Positions 1-11,811 of a stretch of DNA of 64,000 nucleotides are shown here, one piece after another. Both the position numbers and the translations under genes were made by a program. Source of the DNA: Eledone cirrhosa (Eukaryota); contig OZ024741.1 of NCBI GenBank assembly GCA_964016885.1, positions 289,106,001 through 289,170,000 on the forward strand, in the 5' to 3' direction. The notes beneath the pieces were generated by a model. That model did no database searches. It saw nothing but the letters and a program-made list of their open reading frames with translations, and had not been told where the DNA came from. Every line of letters begins with the position of its first letter. Position 1 is the first letter of the stretch.

Positions 1-333
1 CAAAGTTAATCCCATCGATTTAACTTTGCCTTTTATCCATTGGGGATAAAATTATCATATAAGTTGTATTTAAACTATTCTAAAGAGATTATTTTAAATG
101 GAATATTGTAGTTTTTTCAATCAATTAAATGATTAAATTAAAACTTAAATCCTTATCTATTTTTTCATATTCTCTGTGTATATACAGATAGAGAGTGAGA
201 GACTTTAGGGAAAAAGAGAAAATTTATGATGATCATAGAAACGATTCTAAAAAATCTAAAGAAATCTAAAACATACATCAATCAATTGAATTATTAAATC
301 AAAATTTAAATCATTATTCTTTTATACACAAAA

Positions 334-543
334 TCTTTTTCCCTAAAATCTCTCACTCTGTATGAGAAAGAATATGTATAAGAGAATAATTGTTTCTACT
401 TTAGGCACAAGGCCAGCAATTATCCAGTGTAAAGTACCAGTAATACACTGAATAATTGCTGGCCTTGTGCCTAAAGTACAAACAATTATTCTTTTATACA
501 TATTCTCTCCCATACAGAGAGTCAGAGATTTTAGGGAAAAAGA
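334..543. repeat. Long imperfect palindrome (about 95 bp arms) made of a SINE 3' tail plus flank
   Basis: 334-430 (tctttttccctaaaatctctc...ggcacaaggccagcaatt) is the reverse complement of 444-543. Another copy of the outer part of the right arm lies at about 168-232. Confidence 0.85.
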
Positions 544-887
544 GAAAATTCATGATTAACTTACATATTTTCTGTGGAGCCATCGTAAATATTAAACTGT
601 CCAGTCCAGTTAAAATATATTAATGATGTGAGATACTGACAAATAACTGGCACAAGGCCAGCAATTACCCAGTTCATAACGACATCCACTCTGACCTGCT
701 ACTGACTTGCTAGTGACCTGTTACTGACCTGCTACATACTTACTATCTATAGGTGTGTATGCATATATATATGTGTGTGGTGTGTGTGTGTGTGTATTTG
801 TTTGTGTTTTTGTTTTTAAATTCTCTACTTGTTTTGATGTATTTTGAATAGCGTTCCTTAAATTTCAGGGTTTCACAAGAAATAACT

Positions 888-938
<51 letters not shown>

Positions 939-1302
939 ATTTGTACGTTTGTGGTTTTATTTGTAAATCCTCTCTTCCTGTTTTCATGTATTTTGAATAG
1001 CACTCAGTTGAATGTCACTATTGAAAAAACAAGCAAAAACCAACCGAAAATAAAATGAAATTTTTTTTCTTTTCAGAGAAGTATTATTCTGCACTCTAGC
1101 CTATACCTAACCATTCAACCATTCAACCATTCAACCATTCAATTTTCAGGATGACACTTTACAGGCTGAGTTCAAATCCAGCCATGGTTATCTGTGATTT
1201 TCATCCTTCCAGAATTATTACCATTCAAGTACTAACGTTGATTTAATCGATTTCCCCATACACACACACACACACACACACACACTCTCTCTCTCTCTCT
1301 CA

Positions 1303-1370
<68 letters not shown>

Positions 1371-1411
1371 CTCTCTCTTTCTCTTTCTGCCTCTCTCTCT
1401 TTCTCTTTCTG

Positions 1412-1454
<43 letters not shown>

Positions 1455-1536
1455 AACAAACACACAAAAACGATTTTAGTAATAAGCAGGGATTACCATG
1501 AGGATTCGACTCTCTTGCTATACTAACATTTGTTTG

Positions 1537-2400
1537 GTAGATTGGCCGTGTCGGTAGAGCTTCGGACAACATGCTTAGTGGCATATATAGTTACAGCCCT
1601 TTACGTTCTGAGTTCAAATCCCGCTGAGGTTGGCTTTACCTTTCATCCTTCCGGAGTCGATGAATAAAGCACCAGTAATGCACTGAGGTCGATTTAATCA
1701 ACTTTCCTCTTCCCTTCAAATCGCAGGCCTTGTGCCCAAAGTAGAAACAATTATTAATTGGATATAGGACTTTGGGTAAGCAGAGTTGTTAAAGTGTCGG
1801 ATAAATGCTTAGCAGTATTTGTTCTCGTTTATTACCTTCCAAGTTCAAATACTGCCGAGGTTAACTTTGCTTTTGTTTTCGTTTCGGGGTCTATAATATA
1901 GTACCAATAAAGAATTAGGTTCGATATAATCGACTTTACCCATGTCAAAAATGTCTCGCCTTGTTACGAATTTCTAAGTTCTCAGTTCAAATCCTACCGA
2001 GGTTAAATTTGCCATTCGGCCATCCGGGGTCGATAAATAAAGTACCAGTTAAGTACTGAAATCGATATAATCGACTTTCTCCTTTCTCAGTTGTTGGCCT
2101 TGAACCAAAACAAGAAATAACTATAATCATTGAAAGCCGTGGCGGTTCTCTAAGTTCTGATCACATCAAGGCCGTGGTCGAACTGGTTTTTCATCATTCG
2201 GGAATCGAATATAAAATATAATTGTTTCTACTTTTGGCACAAGACCAGCAATTACACCAGTGTATTACTGATACTTTGTTTTATCAACTCCGTAAGGATG
2301 AAAGGCAAAGTTAACCTCGGCGGGATTTGAACCGAGATCATAAAGGGCCATAACTATATGCTGCAAAGTATGGTGTCCGACCCTCTACCGATACTGCCAA
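1537..2400. mobile_element. Cluster of about 4 tRNA-derived SINEs (three on +, one on -)
   Basis: Repeated B box gagttcaaatcc, central gcctttcatcctt.cggggtcgataaa..aagtaccagt (Meta-domain-like) and tail ggccttgtgcc.aaagtagaaacaatta. Confidence 0.75.
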
Positions 2401-2941
2401 TAATATAATATCAATCGCATTCTGATACTACACAAAATTTCTTTGAGAATTCATCATCATTATCACCACTAATGCCGCCATGCCCCACCATCACCTTCAC
2501 CGCCATGCCCCACCACCATCACTTCATCGCCGACATAATTTTTCATCATAATCATCAACATCGCCATCATCACCATCCTCCGCCGCCTTTTCCGTTTCCT
2601 TCTCTTCCTTCTCCTCTTTTTCACTCCTCTTAACATCACAATCATCTACATCAACATCCTTCTCCTCTCTCTCCTCCTCTTCTTAACATCATCATCAAAC
2701 GTTGTCGCCGTTATCATCACGTTCGCCATGACAGTTGTTGAAGTCTATAATTGAAATTAATATCACTTAATTACTGCTGTTAATACTTGTCACTATCTCC
2801 GTCTGTCCCCAGGCAGTATGACATCACGTTTTGTATTGATAGTGAACCTTGCAAGGTATTCCTTGTTCAATGAAGATGTATGGGTTAGAAAAGAGAGACC
2901 GAATTTAAAGAGGGAGAGAGAGAGGAGTGATTGTGAGATAG

Positions 2942-3017
<76 letters not shown>

Positions 3018-3131
3018 AGTTGTAATAAAATGAAAACGAAATTTCATTTCTCACTCTTAGTACGGCACTTACTTAAATGTAAGTATGTGTGTATACGTAC
3101 ATACATATATGTATACAGACGTACAGTAGCA

Positions 3132-3179
<48 letters not shown>

Positions 3180-3658
3180 TACATACAGGTACACATACAT
3201 ACATGCACGCATCAGCTTAGCGGACGCTTATTATAACGCCGCTTTATTCGTTTGTAAACAAACTGAACAGCCTGAATTTTTATGCCGTACGGTGTTAAGG
3301 CAACCACGTCACCTTTTTTTTTTTTATATATATATATATACAAATATAAATTTAACGAGAATCGCATTTCGGCGAGTAGAAATTAGCGAAACGCAGCTTC
3401 CGAATTGTGTTGGTGAGCGCTCAATGGATATGAAGATACCAGAGCTATAAACATAAGTTAAAAAGGCCATACCAAACTGAGACGATGGTTAAGAAGCCAT
3501 TAACCACCTAAGCCAAAAAAGCGAGCAAGCTAAGCGGGTCAAACAAAATAAGATATGATTGAAATATATATATATATATAGAAGTGGTAACACAACAGTT
3601 AGTTCACCATACCGAGAACAATTTATATATATTTATATATGAACTCACAGGCAGATAT

Positions 3659-3704
<46 letters not shown>

Positions 3705-3720
3705 TAAAATAACAGATTAA

Positions 3721-4050
3721 AGTTACGTCCCTTTACGATCTGAGTTCAAATACCGCCGAGGTTGACTTTGCCTTTCCTCCTTACGGGGTCGATAAAATAA
3801 AGTACCAGTAATGCACTGGGTAATTGCTGGCCTTGTGCCTAAAGTAGAAATAATTATTTCTGGATTGGCAGTATCTGTAGAGGGTCGGACGCCATGCTTT
3901 GACGCATAGAGTTAGGGCCCTTGCCATTCTGAGTTCCAATCCCGCCAAGGTTAACTTTGCCTTTCATCCTTACGAGGTCGATAAAATAAAGTACCAGTAA
4001 TACACTGGGCAATTGCTGGCTTTGTGCCAAAAGTAGAAACAATTATTTCT
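3721..4050 (+). mobile_element. Two tandem tRNA-derived SINE copies
   Basis: Same A box (tggcagtatc.gtagag), B box and central domain as 59937-60125. Confidence 0.8.
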
Positions 4051-4325
4051 GAAGACAGCATATATATGTGTAGGTATGTATATTCCCTCTGATAGTTTGT
4101 AAAATGTTTACATAGATCTATATGATATACATACCAACACACACATATATATCCTAGAAACAATCGTAAAATGATGAATTTTTTTAATATAAGGAACTGT
4201 TTCTTGGTTTTTATTAATTGTTTTTATTAATTTATATATATATATATATATTGTATTGATATGCTGGGCACACAGGCATTAGGACGTGTTTTTTCCTGCC
4301 ACCGACATATCAAACATATCGGTTT

Positions 4326-4413
4326 TCATCTGAGGATACCGTTCTTATAATCAACAGTAAATGCACGAAGGACATCTCGATTGCATGGAGAACCGTGGAA
4401 ATAATTATTATGA
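4326..4413 (+). ncRNA. Type I hammerhead ribozyme (candidate)
   Basis: tcat-CTGAGGA(4330-4336)-tac.gttct...agaac.gtg-GAAA-taatta(palindromic helix III)-TT-atga. Helix I can extend via catatcg/cgatat. Confidence 0.6.
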
Positions 4414-4449
4414 TTAAACGATATATGTAACCTCAGCATCTAATTTTTT

Positions 4450-4650
4450 TATTTTTATAAAACTCTCCATCGCAACTAAAATCAACAATTGTTGAGAGCT
4501 TTCTCCGGCTTACTCCTGTTTTTACCAATATATATATATGTATGTATATATATTCGGAAAAGATTGTTTTGGTAAAAACAGGAGTAAGCAGGAGAAAGTT
4601 CTCAGCAATCGTTGATTTTAGTTGCGATGGAGAATTTTATAAAAATAACA
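4450..4650. repeat. Inverted repeat of a PLE-like terminal sequence around (TA)n
   Basis: 4450-4529 (tataaaactctccatcgcaac...gtttttaccaa) is the reverse complement of 4569-4645. Confidence 0.75.
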
Positions 4651-4691
4651 AAATAAGAAGCTGATATATATATGCTGATATATATATATAT

Positions 4692-4723
4692 AGTTTATTT
4701 ACTTATTTCGTTATTTCTTTATT

Positions 4724-4789
<66 letters not shown>

Positions 4790-5317
4790 TCTAGTCTAAC
4801 AATAGCTAGAGACTTAGGTCGTAGAACTTGCTTTACTTTTTTTCTTTACACTTATTCGCTTTTCATCACTCTCAGTATTTTTTCTTTCATATATATATTT
4901 TTACCCCTCATTGTTCTACCTACCGTTCCGACTTCCTCCCCCTCCCTCTCCCCAGTACCTTCTTTGACCTCATGCGCAGCTGCAGCTGGCACTACCAACG
5001 CATGATTGGGTCTACTCCACCCCCTCCCCTTTTTCTCCTACTGGCAGGTTTAGCCACCATCTCCCCTAGTAATTTGCAATCACGGAATTACTACTGACTT
5101 TTGACAATCACTTTGACCATATATGGAATTACCCCTTGAGAAGCTCGGCTATTTAAATACCAGGATAAATTTTCATTTAGTCCAGAATTAGCCGTCGAAA
5201 CGGCTTGAGCTCAGCCGTCGGGGTCTTACTGGTTCCTATTACCCACTCTACTACCCTAAGTATTGAGTACTTTGGTGCGTTATGGTCCACCTGGTTCCTT
5301 ACCACATTTCCTTCGTT
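4692..5317 (+). mobile_element. 3' UTR / pseudo-LTR of a Penelope-like element
   Basis: Near-identical to 58286-58790, which lies downstream of a PLE RT fragment. Carries an HHR and ends in ccttaccacatttccttcgtta followed by (TA)n. Confidence 0.75.
5131..5224 (+). ncRNA. Type I hammerhead ribozyme, U3-A8 core variant
   Basis: acccc-TTGAGAA-g..cggcta[loop]tagccg.c-GAAA-cggct(tgagctc)agccg-TC-ggggt. All three helices pair; predicted GUC cleavage after 5219. Confidence 0.7.
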
Positions 5318-5654
5318 ATATATATATATATATATATATAGGAACAAGTAAGACCCCGACGGCTGAGCTCAAGCCGTTTCGACGGCTAATTATGGTCCAC
5401 CTGGTTCCTTACCACATTTCCTTCGACGGCTATTTCTGGACTCACAGTCCAGAAACAGCCGTCGAAACGGCTTGAGCTCTGCCGTCGGGGTCATACTTGT
5501 TCCTATATATATATATGTGTGAGAAAAACGAGGAAGTTTCGTTTTCATATGAAAAATATTTATTGCGTATCGACCTGTTACGCTCGTTTCGCCGAGGATT
5601 GGCTCAAGGTGACCCATAGGAGTTATGGACCCGACTCCAGAATCAATCTGCTCC

Positions 5655-5688
<34 letters not shown>

Positions 5689-6019
5689 ATATATATATAA
5701 ATATATAATTATACATATATGTATATATATATATATATATATATTTCTTAAGGTTTGTTGGTTCACCACTGGATAGAACTGGTCATTCCGTATGGTCAAT
5801 CCTGGTGTAATATTGTGAAGAGTACTCAACGCAGTGCAGTAGTACATGGGTGGTAGTAGTACATGATAGACCTGCGCCCCCTTACCAGGTGTTCACTGGT
5901 AGTTTTTCAGTTGCCAACACTTTGAGGGCGGCTGGCTGTGAAGCTAGTTGGTCAGCCGCCTTCTCTGTCTCTGGTTTCTCGGACCCATGGCTTTTTACAT
6001 ATTCCTTTGTTATATTCCA

Positions 6020-6077
6020 ATACCTGATGATATCACCGGATTCATATGGAACCCGGTCATTGAAATGATCATTGTAT
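6020..6077 (+). ncRNA. Type I hammerhead ribozyme
   Basis: atac-CTGATGA-tatc.accgg...ccggt.catt-GAAA-tgatca-TT-gtat. Palindromic helix III. Confidence 0.75.
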
Positions 6078-7925
6078 AATAAACCTTTCAAGGATTTACA
6101 CCAGTTCAGCCTCCTGTTACTTCATTTATAATTAACTCCGTATTCGCACCACCAACTACACAAACGAATATGGGTGAACTGCACTGCGTTGAGTACTCTT
6201 CACAATATTACACCAGGATTGACCATACGGAATGACCAGTTCTATCCAGTGGTGAACCAACAAACCTTAAATAATGCTCCTATAATGTTGAGCACTTCAA
6301 AATGTGATATTGAACAGCGGCACTGACTTCAGTGTACAGCTACCGCCAGCATGGGATTAACTGATCTACTTGCCATTCGGGTTTTGGCTGCTCTGCGCCT
6401 TATCTACCGCCACCTGATACCACTTCCTTGTCGGGAGGATTCCGATTCCGACAAAACTCTACATATTATACTAAAACTGTTATTGTATTGACTGTATTCT
6501 CTACTCTATACCTCAGGACTCTTTGTGACTCGCACTGAATTCGGAACCTGAACTTTACACTAGGTACAATCTGTTACCATTCCATCTCCTCCATCCTCTA
6601 TATCTATATCTAAATGTACAACTTATATCTGTATCTATATGTACAACTTATATCTGTATCTATATGTACAACTTATATTATCTTACTACAACTTGATCTA
6701 TATTGACGCTTATTTACCTTTATTAATTTTTTTACTGTCATTAATGTATATTTTATTATTTTATTATTTTCTATTATTTTATTAATGTATTTTTATCAAT
6801 GTATTGGTATTTTTTTGTAACTTTTTCTCACTCAGGTCATTATATGCACCTTAATAGCCCCCTACCCACCGAAGAACCACACTACCTATAACCCGGACTA
6901 ACTGGGACTTTAAAATAATTTTGAATAATTTTGATCTATTTGCACTTTTCATTGTTTGACTTGTGTGGTGGCTTTTTCCCGGCTGCGCGCTGGGCACTCG
7001 GAAAGTTCAGCCTTCTTTGAGTGCTCGGAAAAATAAATTTCTCCTCTTTCGGTAAATGAAATTACTCAGAGTGGCTTGCTCTGCCCCAGTCCCACCGCGC
7101 CACCTGTTTTGGCCGCCTATTTATACCCGTACCTACAAACTCCAGGTTTGGGCACAACTATTAGCTGTATCTTGCCTCTATTGACACGTAAATAAACCCC
7201 TAATGTGTGATTTAATTGTATTCGTGGTATAGACGATGCCTGTCGAAATTGTGGGGTTCCCGCTAGCGATCCCGGGGCCAAACTTAGTTACGTTCCTAGA
7301 GTACTCTGAAAAATTAATTTCCATTTCTTTCGCTGGACGATACCACTCGAGACTGGCTGACTCATGGTGGTGGGTGTGCTGGCTGGGACTCCCAATCGAA
7401 ATCTTTACTCTATATCCCATCCTAATAGCTTATCGAGTTAACAAATTTTTTTTTCATGTAAGTCTCTCTCCGTAAGTTCGTTAAATAAATAAATCTCGCT
7501 ACCTCTATTTTTCAATTTACCATTTTCAAATATATTTTAATTTAATTTATTTCATCCTATAACTCGCAACATAAGTTTAGCGTTCCAATCTTCGGTTCAC
7601 ACATTAGACCATACAGACACCCACTATAGATTCTTTGGGTAGCATTCTTTTGGCGGCATTTTCTAACATGAATGTATTTTGACCCTTACACTACACTTCT
7701 TTCTCCCCTTCTTTCTTTCTTCCCCTTCTTCTTTGACGGGTGGTAGTAGTACATGATAGGCCTGCGCCCCCTTACCAGATGTTCACTGGTAGTTTTTCGG
7801 TTGCCAACACTTTGAGGGTGGCTGGCAGTGAAGTTAGTTGGTCAGCCGCCTTCTCTGTCTCTGGTTTCTCGGACCCATGGTTTTTCGGACCCATGGCTTT
7901 TTACATATTCCTTTGTTATATTCCA

Positions 7926-7983
7926 ATACCTGATGATATCACCGGATTCATATGGAACCCGGTCATTGAAATGATCATAGTAT
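7926..7983 (+). ncRNA. Type I hammerhead ribozyme (second copy)
   Basis: Identical to 6020-6077 except the cleavage triplet is AUA instead of AUU; both are permitted NUH. Confidence 0.75.
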
Positions 7984-8664
7984 AATAAACCTTTCAAGGA
8001 TTTACACAAGTCCAGCCTCCTGTTACTTCATTTATATATATATGTATATACACAGAGATATCCACTGTAAGTTGTGGGGTCTATTCTGTATGAAGAACTC
8101 AATGTAATCCATATGTTGAAAATGTTGTAGGTTAAGCTAAATCTCAGAAAACAATAAAACATTAAAAGGAAAACAGAGTCATGATACATTGTTTTAACTT
8201 ATATATGTATATATATATTTGTGTGTGTGTATGTGTGTTTGTGTATATATATTGTTATACTTTGGGAGGGTCATTCTGCCATTAAAAACACATGCACCTG
8301 TTAGTTTTCACTTCAATTTATTACAAATTTCCACATTTTGTGACCTCCTCAATGACTAAATTGCTATTTTCTGTTCCTTCTTTGTCCTCTCCTACATCAT
8401 CTTGTTTTTGAGAGCTCATGTTTAATTTAATGATTACTTGATTACGACATTCTATGTAAAAATGCTTGAATCCCAGAGTTTACCTTGGCCTGCCTCTTGT
8501 CACCAAGGCCACATTTAACTTTAGATTAATTTAAATCAAGTCCAATAGTTATTATCAAGCATGTGTCCGCTAAATTGCATTTTATTTATCCTACCTGTCT
8601 AACTAATTTCAGACTGGTATTAGGATTTAGGATTTGAGACAGACAGATACACAGGTAAGTACGT

Positions 8665-8723
<59 letters not shown>

Positions 8724-8728
<5 letters not shown>

Positions 8729-10014
8729 CTCAGACTCAGACGCTCCCGCGTCTTGCGACGCATGAGGCAATCATAGTGTTCCACCGCGTTCGGTCAGCAG
8801 CCAGTTGCACAGCGTCCCGCCATTGTCTGTTTGTCGCTCGCAGGTCCCTCTCAACTGTCTGGCGCCAGTTCATTTTGGGTCGCCCTCTCCGTCTGCCTCC
8901 CTGTGGGTTCCATTTAAGTACTTGGTTCGCCAGTCTCTCCGGGGGAAGTTTCAAAGCGTGTCCAAACCAGCCCAGGCGTCGCTTGCAGATGGCAGAAGAG
9001 ACTAGCTGCTGGTTGGTGTGGTTCCTGACTCCCTCTTTTGTTACATGGTCACTCCATTTAATCCCCAGGATCTTTCGCAGACACCTGGAATCGAATGCGT
9101 CCAACTTCTTCTCTTGGCTGGTCTTAAGGTGCCATGTTTCACTTCCGTACAAGAGTGTGAACAGCACGTTGTTGTTGTAGAATCTCATCTTTGTTTTGAG
9201 GGTGAACTTCCTGCTCTTCCAGATCTTGACAAGCTGGTTAAATGCTGCTGAAGCCTTTCCCATTCTACATTGCAATTCACTGTCCATGGCGCCCCCATTG
9301 TCAATGGAGCTTCCTAGGTAGGTGAAGTTGTCCACTATCTCCACCTCCCCCTGTTCAATGAAAACACTAGTTGGTGATGGGTGTGTCCCAGATAACATGC
9401 TTTTGGTCTTCTTAGCACTGATATTGAGACCTAAGCTTCCTGTTTCTACATTGATATTGTTCATAATGATTTGCAGGTCAGCTGTGCTCTCTGCAAGTGC
9501 AACAATATCGTCCGCAAAGTCCAGGTCAGACAACTTTTGCTCTCCCACCCAAGATATACCCTGGTCTTTAGACGCTCTTCTTAGTACCCAGTCAATGGCT
9601 ATGGCAAAGAGAATTGGAGAGAGCGAGCAACCTTGACGCACGCCAGTAACCACCTCAAACCAGTCACTGTAACCATCCTCTGTCCGTATGCAGCACTTGG
9701 AGTTTGCGTAAATCTGTTTGATTGCCGAAATGACTTTCTGGGGCAGACCATACTCATGCATGATGCTCCAGAGTGACGGTCGATGAATGCTATCGAATAC
9801 CTTGGAGAAATCGATGAAGCTGAAGCTGACGGCGAGAGGCCTCTGGAATTCGTTGTACCTCTCAATGATGCGGCGTAACGTAAAGATCTGCTCTGCACAG
9901 GAACGTTTTGGTCGGAACCCTGCCTGTTGTTCTCGCAGTTCCCGGTCTACCATGCCACGTATGTGGTTCAGGATCATCAGACAATAGACCTTCCCTGGTA
10001 TGGAGAGAAGTGTC
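8724..10014 (-). mobile_element. 5'-truncated RTE-clade LINE; open RT ORF to the stop at 8736, (GTCTGA)3 tail
   Basis: QAGFRPKRSC, FIDFSKVFD, GVRQGCSLSPILF, LDFADD, FTYLGS, LLYGSETW, WFGH, RRRGRP motifs; short tandem 3' tail typical of RTE. Confidence 0.93.
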
Positions 10015-10027
10015 CATATATATATAT

Positions 10028-10212
10028 AACGGGGGAAGTGTGGTAAGGAACCAGATGGACTATAACACACCAGAGTACTCGATACTTTGGGTAGTAGAGT
10101 GAGTAATAGGAAAAGAGTCAGGACCCCCGACGGCTGAGCTCCGGCCTTTTCGACAGTTAGTTACTAGCTGTCGAAACGGCCGGAGCCCAGACGTCGGGGT
10201 CCTGACGCTTTT

Positions 10213-10216
<4 letters not shown>
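10028..10216. mobile_element. Inverted pair of PLE pseudo-LTR fragments (3' halves of the HHR)
   Basis: Minus-strand copy of the 5190-5317 sequence followed by a plus-strand gtcgaaacggcc...gtcggggt; (TA)n flanks. Confidence 0.7.
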
Positions 10217-10251
<35 letters not shown>

Positions 10252-10252
<1 letters not shown>

Positions 10253-11570
10253 CCTGGTGTTTCTCCAGCGCAAGGTGCATATAAGAGTTCACTGCGAGCC
10301 TATGTATCTCCCTGGAGTACTCCAGCCAGTATCTCAATGAACTCCGTCATCCCATCAGGTGATAGTGTAAAGCAGTCATAGTAGGTTCACTCACTTTTTG
10401 GGGATTCTATCAGCCTGTAAGATCGTCATCAGGCAGTGACGGTCCTCAGAATCAAAGTCAATGAAAACCGTTACAGCAGAAAGGCTCTTTGCTCTAGCTC
10501 CTTCTAATATCCTCCTCACATCAGGATGTGACTGGTTGCTGATCCTCCCTCTCTGAAGCTGTTCTGGATCCTGTTAAGAATCATCCTGTTGGGGGTCTTT
10601 GCCACAAGTGACGTCAGTGAGATACCCCTGTAGTTGTTGGTGTTAGAGTGATCTCCCTTTTTTGGCACTGGGACGATGTTACTGATCTTCCACTGATTCG
10701 GGGCAACTACTTTCTCCAGTGCCTGGTTACAGAACTCCAGGATGATATCATGTCTTTACTGTAGCACTGGCTCAGAGCATGAGAGTTAAAGCGAAAAAGA
10801 TATCAGATGCTGAATTTGCTGACGACGTAGTTTTGATAACAACACACAGTGAAGACGCAGAGAAGTTGATGCATGAGATGGAGACTGTGTCGATGAGAGT
10901 GGAGCTGAGAATGAATGAGATTAAGATGAAGTACCTAGTAGAAAACATTAAGAAGCCAGAGAAGATTATGAATGTAGGTGGGAAGCCGCTAGAGTTGGTT
11001 GAGGACATCCTGTATCTGTGAGCAGAGTTTGGGAACAGAGAAAATGATGTGGTTGAGAGGAAGAACAAAGCCTGGGTTGCGTGCCACAGTTTGAGATCTG
11101 TGTGGAAGTCTGACCTTCGTATAGACCTGAAGATCCGTCTCTTATTTGCTGCAGTGGAGTCTGTGCTAATGTACGGGTCTGAGATTTGGACACTGACCAA
11201 GAAACTCACTCAGATGGTGGATGGGTGCTACACGAGAATGCTGAGGATGGCTCTGAACATTAATCAGTATCCACTGAGGATGAAGAACTCAGAGCTGTAA
11301 GGAAGCCTCCCAAAAGTCAACTCGAAAGTAACACAGAGGAGACTGAGGTTAGCTGGATATGCTCAGCCACATCCAGAGTTGACACTGCACTTAGTGCTCC
11401 TGTGGGAGCACCTACACAGACACACTAGAATAGGGAGACCGAGGTTGACATATGATCATGCACTAAGGACAGACACAGGTCTCTTGGAGATGCAGGACAT
11501 GGCAGCGATGATGAAGGACAGACATCACTGGGGAGAACTCGTCCATGGATCTCGGGAATTTTACCCGCCT
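10252..11570. mobile_element. Degenerate RTE/RTE-X-like LINE with a 5' inversion
   Basis: Minus 10752 to 10255 encodes IVPVPKKGD, NYRGISLTS, VFIDF, AGVLQGDT. Plus 10770-11570 continues with EFADD, LMYGSEIW, RMLRMAL, GRPR. Confidence 0.8.
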
Positions 11571-11587
11571 TATGTGTATATATATAT

Positions 11588-11797
11588 AACGAAGGAAGTG
11601 TGGTAAGGAACCAGGTGGACCATAACGCACCAGAGTACTCAATACTTTGGGTAGTAGAGTGGGTAATAGGAAAATGTTCAGGACCCCGATGGCAGAGCTC
11701 AAGCCGTTTCGACGGCTATTTCTGGACTCAGAGACTAAGTCCAAAAATAGCCATCGAAACGGCTTGAGCTCTGCCGTAGGGGTCCTGAACCGTTTCA
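11588..11797. mobile_element. Inverted pair of PLE pseudo-LTR fragments
   Basis: Same family as 5190-5317: minus 11588-11730, plus 11737-11797; (TA)n flanks. Confidence 0.75.
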
Positions 11798-11811
11798 TAT
11801 ATATATATGTA

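Larger units (their letters stand above)
5747..8035 (+). mobile_element. Non-autonomous PLE-like / retrozyme-like element with HHR-containing direct repeats
   Basis: Direct repeats 5848-6130 and 7738-8035 each carry an HHR. The 5' segment 5747-5840 is an inverted copy of 6177-6270. (TA)n on both flanks; no RT ORF. Confidence 0.7.

Noticed and set aside
8233-8630. Decayed LINE 3' end on the minus strand (QFSGHM, RGRPR-like)
   Set aside because: Only two short motifs in broken frames; the family cannot be supported.
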